Shown here in pieces: positions 46,755-54,259 of a stretch of 64,000 nt of DNA; within the stretch, counting starts at the first letter, position 1, and every line of letters begins with the position of its first letter. Made by a program: the position numbers and the translations under genes. Origin of the DNA: a virus; UHGV virus genome UHGV-1366603; one strand, given 5' to 3'. The notes below the pieces were generated by a model. It saw nothing but the letters and a program-made list of their open reading frames with translations, ran no database searches and was not told where the DNA came from.

Positions 46755-47234
46755 TTATTCTACCGGGTGCAACATAGTGCCGGTATCTGGAATGCTGCCT
46801 TCGTGACATCTGAAGAACGTTACACCTTTACCTTCACCCGTTTTGTAGTTGACGGTAGAATACGCAAACGTTGGGGTTTTCGACAGTAACCCGTTTACAC
46901 GGTAATAGCGCTCACCGGTAACGACGTTTAAGTTACCGTCCACCTTACCTAACAGGTCTTTATAAAGTTGCGGAGATTCAATTTTACCTTCGTCCCATGT
47001 AGCGACCCAATTCGCCCCTGTATCCATGACTAACACCGAAAGGGGCATCAGTTTTAGACTAGACGGTACGGGTTTAAAATCGTCGAATTCTTGAGAAGCA
47101 CCTGTACAGGTGTAAATGACCATATCGTGTTGGTCAACAGGTACGGTGGAGAACTGACCTTCTGCGTTCGGCTGAATAGCACAACTTGCCAATGTCATTA
47201 CAAAAGCAACGACCACGAGAATGCGTTTTAGCAT
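46755..47234 (-). CDS. outer-membrane lipoprotein (lipobox LASC); possible superinfection-exclusion factor
   Basis: MLKRILVVVAFVMTLAS-C: signal peptide with lipobox L-A-S-C; Ala at +2 argues for outer-membrane sorting. Only minus-strand gene inside a plus-strand block, with its own terminator. Confidence 0.75.
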   Translation of the reverse strand: MLKRILVVVAFVMTLASCAIQPNAEGQFSTVPVDQHDMVIYTCTGASQEFDDFKPVPSSLKLMPLSVLVMDTGANWVATWDEGKIESPQLYKDLLGKVDGNLNVVTGERYYRVNGLLSKTPTFAYSTVNYKTGEGKGVTFFRCHEGSIPDTGTMLHPVE

Positions 47235-47372
47235 AATCTCACCCTTATTAAAATTAAGAAAAATTATTTTTTCAGGTTAGCGCCTACTGCCAACCGTCAT
47301 ATCTATATTTTAGTAAATGTCTAAAATAACTTTCTTATGCAATCCACCCCTACCACTTACGAGGTAAAAACG

Positions 47373-47909
47373 ATGGCTAAAGCCTTCAATCAGCAGCTTA
47401 TCGAAGCTGTAAAAGCCAAAAACCCTGAAACTGCTTCTAATCTAACCGTAGAAGACGTTGACTTTGGTGCCGTAGAAGCACATAGCGGAAACGGTGGCCG
47501 TAACACCAAAGTTACGCTGACTGCAAAAGAAGAAAGTGCTAACTTTACTGGCAGTAAAGAATTCCACTACACTCGTCTGGCTTCTCAAGATCTGATCGGT
47601 GCCAAAGCTTACGAACAAGCCGGTAGCCTCGATCTGGAAAACTCTGTCATCGTAACCAAACTCAACGAAGAAATGGTTACTAAAGGTTATACCGATGACG
47701 CTTTCGCTGAAGGCGAACTGACCATTGAGAAAACTGAAGGGGATAGCGGCGCTAAAGTTTACACCGTTAAAGTAAACGATGCACACATTAAATTCCTGGC
47801 TGGTACTATTGCCGTCTTCACTTATTCCAACCCAGCTCCTGAGAAGGTAGCACTGAGCGGTCTGGAAGGTGAACTTGATGGCTTCACTGCACCGGGTGTC
47901 GGTGGCTAA
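47373..47909 (+). CDS. hypothetical protein (178 aa); member of the six-gene paralog family
   Basis: GAGGT RBS before ATG 47373; DVDFGAVEAHSGNGGRNTKVTLTA...FHYTRL parallels the 47980 gene; C-terminal GELDGFTAPG. Confidence 0.7.
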   Translation: MAKAFNQQLIEAVKAKNPETASNLTVEDVDFGAVEAHSGNGGRNTKVTLTAKEESANFTGSKEFHYTRLASQDLIGAKAYEQAGSLDLENSVIVTKLNEEMVTKGYTDDAFAEGELTIEKTEGDSGAKVYTVKVNDAHIKFLAGTIAVFTYSNPAPEKVALSGLEGELDGFTAPGVGG

Positions 47910-47916
47910 GTAAGCG

Positions 47917-47945
47917 AAATCGGGGGGGGGTGACCTCCCCCGATA
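47917..47945 (+). repeat. G-rich conserved element forming a hairpin (AATCGGGGGGGGGTGACCTCCCCCGAT)
   Basis: G9 tract; ATCGGGGG pairs with CCCCCGAT; followed by a weak T-rich run, so it may also act as a terminator. Confidence 0.55.
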
Positions 47946-47979
47946 TTTCTCTATCTCGTTTTATTAAGGACCTAAGATA

Positions 47980-48510
47980 ATGGCCGCTACTAACCAGATG
48001 ATGTTGGTCGCGCTTTATAATGCTGCTAACACTGAGCTACCGCATCAGATTACTGATAAAGAAGTGTCCTTTGGTCTCCCTACTGCGCTGGAAGGCGAAA
48101 GTAAGAATACCAAAGTTACCATGACTGCACTACCGGGTTCTGAGAATTTCAAAGGCGAAATCGAACTGCATTACGATCGTCTGGAGCCGGGTGTTGTAGG
48201 ACGGATTGAACTAACTGACGATCTGTCTCGCTGGGTTCAAGAAAATGAACTCCGCGCTTGGTTACAATATTACATCAACAAAGTAAAACCTGACGACGCT
48301 ATCGCACCAGGCGACGTTGTGTACAACACCGAAGACCAGAAAGACGAACATGAAAACGTCACTCTGCGTACCGTGACGTGCACCGTTACCGAAAAGAACC
48401 TCCGTTATAAACCGGGTGTAATGGCAACTTTCGTAATTACACCGAAGGTTGTCGATAATCGTATTGACCTGGCCACCACCAACGGTGAGTTGGACGGTTT
48501 TACTGCTTAA
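47980..48510 (+). CDS. hypothetical protein (176 aa); member of the six-gene paralog family
   Basis: AAGGA RBS; KEVSFGLPTALEGESKNTKVTMTA...LHYDRL; C-terminal GELDGFTA. Confidence 0.7.
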   Translation: MAATNQMMLVALYNAANTELPHQITDKEVSFGLPTALEGESKNTKVTMTALPGSENFKGEIELHYDRLEPGVVGRIELTDDLSRWVQENELRAWLQYYINKVKPDDAIAPGDVVYNTEDQKDEHENVTLRTVTCTVTEKNLRYKPGVMATFVITPKVVDNRIDLATTNGELDGFTA

Positions 48511-48545
48511 TCGCTAAGTCAACTACTATAACAAAAAATAATAAG

Positions 48546-48582
48546 TTTACCTACCTCCGTAAAGGAGGTAGGTATTTTTTTG
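48546..48582. terminator. bidirectional rho-independent terminator
   Basis: TACCTACCTCC-GTAAA-GGAGGTAGGTA hairpin with an A-run upstream and T-run downstream; sits between the plus gene ending 48510 and the minus gene ending 48590. Confidence 0.85.
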
Positions 48583-48589
48583 CCGCTAA

Positions 48590-49261
48590 TTACAGCCCTT
48601 GCTCTAATGCAAACGCTTTAATTGAATCGTAATCACGGGCTTCGGCCCAAGCTCTGACTTCTTTTTTCTGTTCCGTCATTGCCTGATGCAGTTGCTGGTC
48701 GCGTTGCACAATAGCACCCAACAGTGTTTTGCACTGCTCTACCGTAAACGGTTCGATACGGGTGTTGTTGGCCGTTAACCAGTACGCTGGCGCGGTTTCT
48801 GATTGAATATAACGACTCAGCGCTACCTGTGACTTCTCATCTGCCTGGAAAGTGAAATCACCCACCTGAATCTCGGCATAGCGCGCATCCTGATAACGGA
48901 ATTCCAATGCGCTCAGGATTTTCTGAACATCGGTAAAGATATAGCGTACGGTGGAACGTAACCCCGTACGAATCTCTTCCAAGTCAATTCCCAACGTGTC
49001 GTTAACAAAGTCTTTCGCTTTCTGTAGCGTAAAACGAGCTTCGATTTCAGACATGTCGTAGTTACGCATTTGTTCCAACGCTTCACGATCAGACATCCCA
49101 TCAATCAATTTATAGTGCAGTAACGCGCAAAAACCCGTACGACCATGATCTTCGCTACCGATTTTTTCCATATAGTTACCATGGCGGTCAATCGGTAAAT
49201 CGTGCTCAAAATAACGACGACGGATTTCTTCTTTCGTTAAGCCTTCACCAGTAGCAGACAT
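48590..49261 (-). CDS. hypothetical protein (223 aa); last gene of the radical-SAM operon
   Basis: ATG at 49259-49261; overlaps the upstream gene by 25 nt. Confidence 0.7.
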   Translation of the reverse strand: MSATGEGLTKEEIRRRYFEHDLPIDRHGNYMEKIGSEDHGRTGFCALLHYKLIDGMSDREALEQMRNYDMSEIEARFTLQKAKDFVNDTLGIDLEEIRTGLRSTVRYIFTDVQKILSALEFRYQDARYAEIQVGDFTFQADEKSQVALSRYIQSETAPAYWLTANNTRIEPFTVEQCKTLLGAIVQRDQQLHQAMTEQKKEVRAWAEARDYDSIKAFALEQGL

Positions 49262-49809
49262 TCATCGTCTCCTTTAATCAATCCTAATTCGATTAACAGT
49301 TCAAAATCGATATGGCGGAATCTTGTATCGAAATCCGATTCCCAATCGATGCGGATACCCTGGCACTCTTCTGCCGTTAGCTCGGGAAAAATTACGGTAT
49401 TAAATTTCTCACGCTCATCGTAAAACCCATCAATCGGTGAGTTCGGGTTACGCGTTGCGAAAATAGTAATACCGGGGAAAGATAATGCTAACACAGTGAT
49501 AGACTCTGCGCTGGGTTCGCTTAAAGAGCGGCGTAGAAACGCAATTTTGTGGCGTGGGAAGTCCAATACGCGTTCTTCAAACCCTGGATTACGTTTTTCG
49601 ATTTCCGCTACCGACAGGTCAGTAAGTTCGGTGCAATACATTGGGATGATTACAGTCACGCCGTGGCGAATCATTAAACGTTTTACGTCATCAGTAAAAT
49701 CTTCACCGTTAATCATCACGTAACAACCGAATAGCTTACTGTTCTCCAGAAACTTATCCAGAAGTCGAATTCTACGCTTCGTAATATTGTTGATCAGAAT
49801 TGGTTTCAT
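49237..49809 (-). CDS. hypothetical protein (190 aa)
   Basis: ATG at 49807-49809; overlaps the 3' end of the radical SAM gene by 38 nt. Confidence 0.65.
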   Translation of the reverse strand: MKPILINNITKRRIRLLDKFLENSKLFGCYVMINGEDFTDDVKRLMIRHGVTVIIPMYCTELTDLSVAEIEKRNPGFEERVLDFPRHKIAFLRRSLSEPSAESITVLALSFPGITIFATRNPNSPIDGFYDEREKFNTVIFPELTAEECQGIRIDWESDFDTRFRHIDFELLIELGLIKGDDECLLLVKA

Positions 49810-51094
49810 CTTTGGCTTCTCTTAATAATTTTTCCTTTTGGGCGCGTTCACGAACACAGCGTGGGCAATAACACATACTCGTGTCGTGGAACGCTTTTGC
49901 TGACGTCGTACCCATCTTCTGTTTCCAGTATTCCGCCACCATCAGTTTCGCTGTCGTCCAGCCGCACTGACGTCGCTCAGCGTGATACGCTTTACGGTCT
50001 TCCAGTGTCCCTTCACCGTTTTCGTAAGAAGCCGCAGCGCAGCTACCACAAGCGTGCTTCATCGGACAACCTAAACAAGTCTCTGGATAGTTGGTATATT
50101 GTGTTTGAATCTCTTCTAACAATTTACCGTTGTCCAGACTGACGAATTCCCGACCTACCAACTCAAATACCGCAGAACGCGACGTTACGGTTGACATAAA
50201 GCGATTGCAACCGAAGATCTTACGATCAAATCCTAAACACGTCATGTGCGTTAATGTCCCACAGAACGGACGTAAACGTTCTGGGTTCAACCGTACTGTG
50301 TCATTATAAAGTAATTGGTCACGCCAGTTCGGTTCCCAAATCGTATCGAAATCCAACCCTTCTGGAATGATATGCGATAAGATATTACGTGGGTTGGTGT
50401 GTAATCCTTTCTCGACCCAATAATCAATCACATCCATCATCTGCAATGCAATTGAAGTAGCCATGCCGCGTGGCATAATGTCTTCGAAGGTTACGTTGCC
50501 GGAGATAGTTCCGCCACCAGTAATATCAATTAATGACTTCATTCCGGCAGCATAGTACGGTAACGTTTCTAACGTAAAGGTCGCCTTTACGCCAAGCTCT
50601 GCAATGCCAACCTCTTTTAAGTAGTTATAGCCTCGTACTGCGGCTTCGTAAGAACCCTGGCGCGTCGTTGTAAAGATACGATAACGGTCATGGGACTCAG
50701 GTAAGCCGTCAATTGAAACCCCAACCGAAAGTTTGTCTTTCCAACGCTCTACGATCTCACGGTTCAACGGGCGATCTAACAACGTCCCGTTTGTGGAAAT
50801 ACTAAACATAAACGGCCGATTATGTTCTTTACACAACTGCTCGGCGGTTTCAAATGCAGCCAGCAGCAACTTAGGCTGCATGAACGGTTCACCACCGATA
50901 ATGTCGATAATAACTTCAACATTCGGTTCGTTTTTATCACGTTCAAAACAGGCGTGCAAGAAATCAACAATATCTGCCGCTTTGTTGTTACGCGGGTACT
51001 TACGTTCGTAACAATATTCGCAGTCCAGGTTACACGAAAGATTCGTTACAATCTGATACGTTAGCTGCTTAGGGAATTCATTTACTTGACTCAT
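49772..51094 (-). CDS. radical SAM enzyme with C-terminal SPASM-type Cys cluster (peptide-maturase-like)
   Basis: N-terminal CNLDCEYC (CxxxCxxC, the radical SAM 4Fe-4S motif); C-terminal FCGTLTHMTC...GC and CLGCPMKHACGSC (Cx2Cx5Cx2C) typical of SPASM auxiliary clusters; terminal CYCPRC. Confidence 0.8.
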   Translation of the reverse strand: MSQVNEFPKQLTYQIVTNLSCNLDCEYCYERKYPRNNKAADIVDFLHACFERDKNEPNVEVIIDIIGGEPFMQPKLLLAAFETAEQLCKEHNRPFMFSISTNGTLLDRPLNREIVERWKDKLSVGVSIDGLPESHDRYRIFTTTRQGSYEAAVRGYNYLKEVGIAELGVKATFTLETLPYYAAGMKSLIDITGGGTISGNVTFEDIMPRGMATSIALQMMDVIDYWVEKGLHTNPRNILSHIIPEGLDFDTIWEPNWRDQLLYNDTVRLNPERLRPFCGTLTHMTCLGFDRKIFGCNRFMSTVTSRSAVFELVGREFVSLDNGKLLEEIQTQYTNYPETCLGCPMKHACGSCAAASYENGEGTLEDRKAYHAERRQCGWTTAKLMVAEYWKQKMGTTSAKAFHDTSMCYCPRCVRERAQKEKLLREAKDETNSDQQYYEA

Positions 51095-52001
51095 TTGCCG
51101 CCCCTCTATTACGCCCTGCCATCACTACGCGACGAATATATTCGTAAGCCTCTACACCGATAGAGAAGGCCAGTTGGTTACACCCGGATTCCAGTACGTT
51201 AGGTGCATTCTGGAGCTGGTGCTCACCACCGTCTGCATTAATCCAGAGACTTTCGCTGCAAACGTTACAGCCTTCTTCAAACACTTTACTTACCGTAAAA
51301 CCACATTCACGTCTGTTTACTACATTCAGTCGTTCAATGTTGTCCTGAACCTGATAGTAGCCGTAAATAAAGTTCATGACGTGGTCAGGTGATAACGGTT
51401 TTGGCATTTTCGCATCTAAGAGTAACGTCATTGCTCGGAAACCGTAATGGTAAATCGCGCTATGCAGCTGAATAATATCTTCATGCCAACGTTTATCCCC
51501 CAAACGGTCCCGTGTCAAGACACCCCAAGTCTGGACATTATCCAGCTCGTAGATCGTTTCCAGTGCTTCGTAACAGCCTTCGTCAATAAAGCGCATAAAT
51601 GGACGCTCAGACGACTTAAACCCATCGATGCTAACGTAGACATTGTCAAACTGTTTTAGCAACGGGAGATGCGATTTACGCATCTTTAAGCCATTGGTAT
51701 ACAACTGGTGTTTGAGTTCTGGACGAATCACTTTTAATTCGTCAACAAACGCCTCAATTTTACGGGTTGCCAGTAATGGCTCACCACCCGTCCACTGAAT
51801 TTCGGTAATGGTTGGATTAGCTTCCAACGCTTCCAAAATTCGCTCACGTTGAAACTCTCGCGGAGAATCTTCACGATTCATGTAATAGGCTCCACCGCAG
51901 AAGCTACAATCCAGGTTACACTTGGACGTAGCGACTACGGACAATACGGTGGGTTTATCGTATAAACGATTCGATAACCTTGGTTCTGCATTGGTTGTCA
52001 T
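51078..52001 (-). CDS. radical SAM enzyme (second, shorter)
   Basis: N-terminal CNLDCSFCGG (CxxxCxxC); C-terminal CGFTV...GCNVC...GC suggests a partial twitch/SPASM-like cluster; GGAG RBS; overlaps the next gene by 17 nt. Confidence 0.75.
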   Translation of the reverse strand: MTTNAEPRLSNRLYDKPTVLSVVATSKCNLDCSFCGGAYYMNREDSPREFQRERILEALEANPTITEIQWTGGEPLLATRKIEAFVDELKVIRPELKHQLYTNGLKMRKSHLPLLKQFDNVYVSIDGFKSSERPFMRFIDEGCYEALETIYELDNVQTWGVLTRDRLGDKRWHEDIIQLHSAIYHYGFRAMTLLLDAKMPKPLSPDHVMNFIYGYYQVQDNIERLNVVNRRECGFTVSKVFEEGCNVCSESLWINADGGEHQLQNAPNVLESGCNQLAFSIGVEAYEYIRRVVMAGRNRGAANESSK

Positions 52002-52022
52002 TGCAGGTGACTCCGGTCGTTT

Positions 52023-52922
52023 TTAAATATAATCAATGGCGAACAAAGGATCGTCGTCTACGTTAGCACCAGGGGTTAACAAGAATGGAGAGTTATACGC
52101 TTCCAAAATACGGTTAAGGTCTTTATAACGGACATTTAAACGTTCTAAATCCGCTAACGTTACGTTACGGTCCAACACCGCCGACACTGCTGCTTTCTCT
52201 TCGTCAGTTAACGTGACTTTCGTCATTAAGAAACTAACGAGTTTTGCCAGATCCGCTTCTGTTGACGGATGCTCGCCAATACGTGTTTGAATCAAATGCT
52301 GCATCCAAGGCTTACGGATGCGTTTTGTGATTTCGTGCTCATCCGTCAGGGCAACCCACACAGAACGTTCACGATCCCACACGAACTTATAGCTATACGC
52401 CATTAAATCCGCTAAGCAATTAATCCCTAACGCTTCGTACCCTTCAATTTCGATATACGATTCCGTATCGAAATAGTTCTTCGTTTCTGGTGTTACCAGG
52501 GTAAAGAAATACGGGAACGAGCCTAAGTAATCCGGCGACCACCAACGACGGGCAACCGGTTTTGCACCCATTTCTTCAAACGGGGTAAAGAACAATTCCA
52601 TATCTACGGAGTTATTCAAAATCCCGTCACTAAAGAAATATTTACCTGCAACCAATTTACCACGCAACTCGGAGTCACCGGTAAAGACCACTACACTTTC
52701 TGCCGCCAGATCACGAATCTTAAACGTATTTTCTACACGATAGTTTTTACGATCGGTAAAGAAACGTCCGCGCACTTTAGGCCATTCGCCTGGCAATTGC
52801 GTCAGCAGACGAACTTCATCTGCTAAGTGTGCACGTACGGAATCAGGGGAAGAAATGTGAAGTGGATGATTGAAAATCGTTTTGTACGCTAAATGTAAAT
52901 CATTCTTCATTGATTGCTCCAA
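52023..52922 (-). CDS. hypothetical protein (299 aa) in the radical-SAM operon
   Basis: Long ORF between the Cys-rich peptide genes and the radical SAM genes; no motif recognised. Confidence 0.7.
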   Translation of the reverse strand: MEQSMKNDLHLAYKTIFNHPLHISSPDSVRAHLADEVRLLTQLPGEWPKVRGRFFTDRKNYRVENTFKIRDLAAESVVVFTGDSELRGKLVAGKYFFSDGILNNSVDMELFFTPFEEMGAKPVARRWWSPDYLGSFPYFFTLVTPETKNYFDTESYIEIEGYEALGINCLADLMAYSYKFVWDRERSVWVALTDEHEITKRIRKPWMQHLIQTRIGEHPSTEADLAKLVSFLMTKVTLTDEEKAAVSAVLDRNVTLADLERLNVRYKDLNRILEAYNSPFLLTPGANVDDDPLFAIDYI

Positions 52923-53156
52923 CTATTTTACGGTCAAACGGACGTTCAGGGTATAGAACCCACCCCGCCATTGTCTGCCGGTAACTTGAAACTCAGCAGT
53001 AAACCCATTCGATTTACTCGGTTGCTGGTTAATCGCCATACTACCGCCGGAATTACTTAAAACCTCTAAAGAGATAGAAGCAGAAGTCGCATTACCGATT
53101 GAGTCTATCTTAAAACTAGCCGCATCTGTAAAATTGACAGTAATACCATCACCCAT
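52923..53156 (-). CDS. hypothetical small protein (77 aa)
   Basis: Short ORF whose stop abuts the start of the 299-aa gene; Ser/Thr/Gly-rich. Confidence 0.55.
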   Translation of the reverse strand: MGDGITVNFTDAASFKIDSIGNATSASISLEVLSNSGGSMAINQQPSKSNGFTAEFQVTGRQWRGGFYTLNVRLTVK

Positions 53157-53178
53157 CGCAACTTGGGGAAAGGCTTAC

Positions 53179-53385
53179 TTACCGCCCCCCTGCTCCCTTA
53201 CTACAGCTACCGCTGCACGACCAGCTACATCCACCGTTACAGTTGTAGTGGCTTAAAGGTAAACCGGCAAGGTTATTGGTTGAAGACACGGTACCCTGGT
53301 TTGCAATATAGTTGTTTGCGTTAGCGGTCGTAATATACCCTTCCGCTGTTACTAAACGATCACGAAGGTTCTTAAGGCTAATCAC
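53179..53385 (-). CDS. Cys-rich precursor-like peptide C (68 aa)
   Basis: Proposed GTG start at 53385 (GGGAGG RBS 5 nt upstream), 2 nt after the stop of peptide B; the longer track ORF would overlap peptide B. Leader ISLKNLRDRLV and junction HYNCNGGCSWSCSGSC match peptides A and B. Confidence 0.55.
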   Translation of the reverse strand: MISLKNLRDRLVTAEGYITTANANNYIANQGTVSSTNNLAGLPLSHYNCNGGCSWSCSGSCSKGAGGR

Positions 53386-53387
53386 AA

Positions 53388-53786
53388 TTACCTCCCAGAA
53401 CACCCACCGGAACAAGAACCTGAACAGCCTGAAGAACAGTTCCCTGTACACGCGTTAGAACAGCTCCCCGTGCAACTTCCTGAACACCCACCGGAGCAGG
53501 TATTCGAACATCCGCTACAGCCCGCGCTACAACCTGATACGCAGTTTGCAGAACACGAGGAACCACAACCACCGGATGCGTTTCCTGTGCAGCCACCAGA
53601 ACAACTCGAACACGTCCAGCTACAACTACCTCCGCAGTCGTAGTGATTGCGGGCCTGTCCTCCGAATAAGTCTGCGTTGTTTGTCGCTTTCCCGCGAATA
53701 TAGTTTTGTACTGCACCCGTATTCTTCAATGCAGTGCTGTCAATGTTATTTAACCGCGCTTGTAGCGCAGGTAATCCAATTGCCAT
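53388..53786 (-). CDS. Cys/Gly/Ser-rich repetitive precursor-like peptide B (132 aa)
   Basis: ATG at 53786 with AGAGGTG RBS; ~50-aa leader then ~80-aa core with about 24 Cys at CxxxC/CxxC spacing (CSGGCSGSCTGSCSNAC...). Confidence 0.7.
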   Translation of the reverse strand: MAIGLPALQARLNNIDSTALKNTGAVQNYIRGKATNNADLFGGQARNHYDCGGSCSWTCSSCSGGCTGNASGGCGSSCSANCVSGCSAGCSGCSNTCSGGCSGSCTGSCSNACTGNCSSGCSGSCSGGCSGR

Positions 53787-53796
53787 TTTTCACCTC

Positions 53797-54192
53797 TTAG
53801 GTTGGACCAGAACAGCCGCCAGAGCAGGCACCAGAACAACCCGTAGAACAACGGCCTGAGCAAGCACCCCCACAAGTTCCGCTACAACCTGAACACCCAC
53901 CTGAACACGTTGAGCTACATCCAGTACATTGGTTACCGCACGCAGAGGAGCAGCTGCCTACACACACAGACGTACAAGTACCCGAACAGCTCGTACAACC
54001 ATGCGTACAGCCGTTTGAGCACGTCCAGCTACAACTACCTCCGCAGTCTAACCGGTTTGGCGTCCAACCCGAAAATGTATCGGCTGCATTATGTGCTTTC
54101 GACGCAACTTGCGGATCAACACGTGGGCCAGTTGCCATTTGGTTCTCTACGTTGGTGATTCGGTCACGTACGTTTTTAACACTGATCGCCAT
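53797..54192 (-). CDS. Cys/Gly/Ser-rich repetitive precursor-like peptide A (131 aa)
   Basis: ATG at 54192 (GTG at 54195 also possible) with AAGGA RBS; leader AISVKNVRDRITNVENQ...RLDCGGSCSWTCS then Cys-rich repeat core. Confidence 0.7.
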   Translation of the reverse strand: MAISVKNVRDRITNVENQMATGPRVDPQVASKAHNAADTFSGWTPNRLDCGGSCSWTCSNGCTHGCTSCSGTCTSVCVGSCSSACGNQCTGCSSTCSGGCSGCSGTCGGACSGRCSTGCSGACSGGCSGPT

Positions 54193-54202
54193 CACGTATC
54201 CT

Positions 54203-54250
54203 TAAAATAAAAAAGAATGGAGGACTACGTCCATAAACATAGTTCCTCCT
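54203..54250 (-). terminator. rho-independent terminator (minus strand) between the fibre genes and the Cys-rich/radical-SAM operon
   Basis: Read on the minus strand: GGAGGAAC...GTCCTCC stem-loop followed by ATTCTTTTTTATTTT, directly after the stop of the 399-aa gene. Confidence 0.6.
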
Positions 54251-54259
54251 GTAATTAAA

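Noticed and set aside
53378..54158. Alternative-frame and antisense ORFs over the Cys-rich genes (53378..53716, 53546..53800, 53910..54158, and the long 5' extension of 53179..53451)
   Set aside because: They arise from the repetitive GC-rich Cys/Gly/Ser codons; the chosen frames are those giving regular Cys spacing, homologous leaders and in-place RBS/start pairs.
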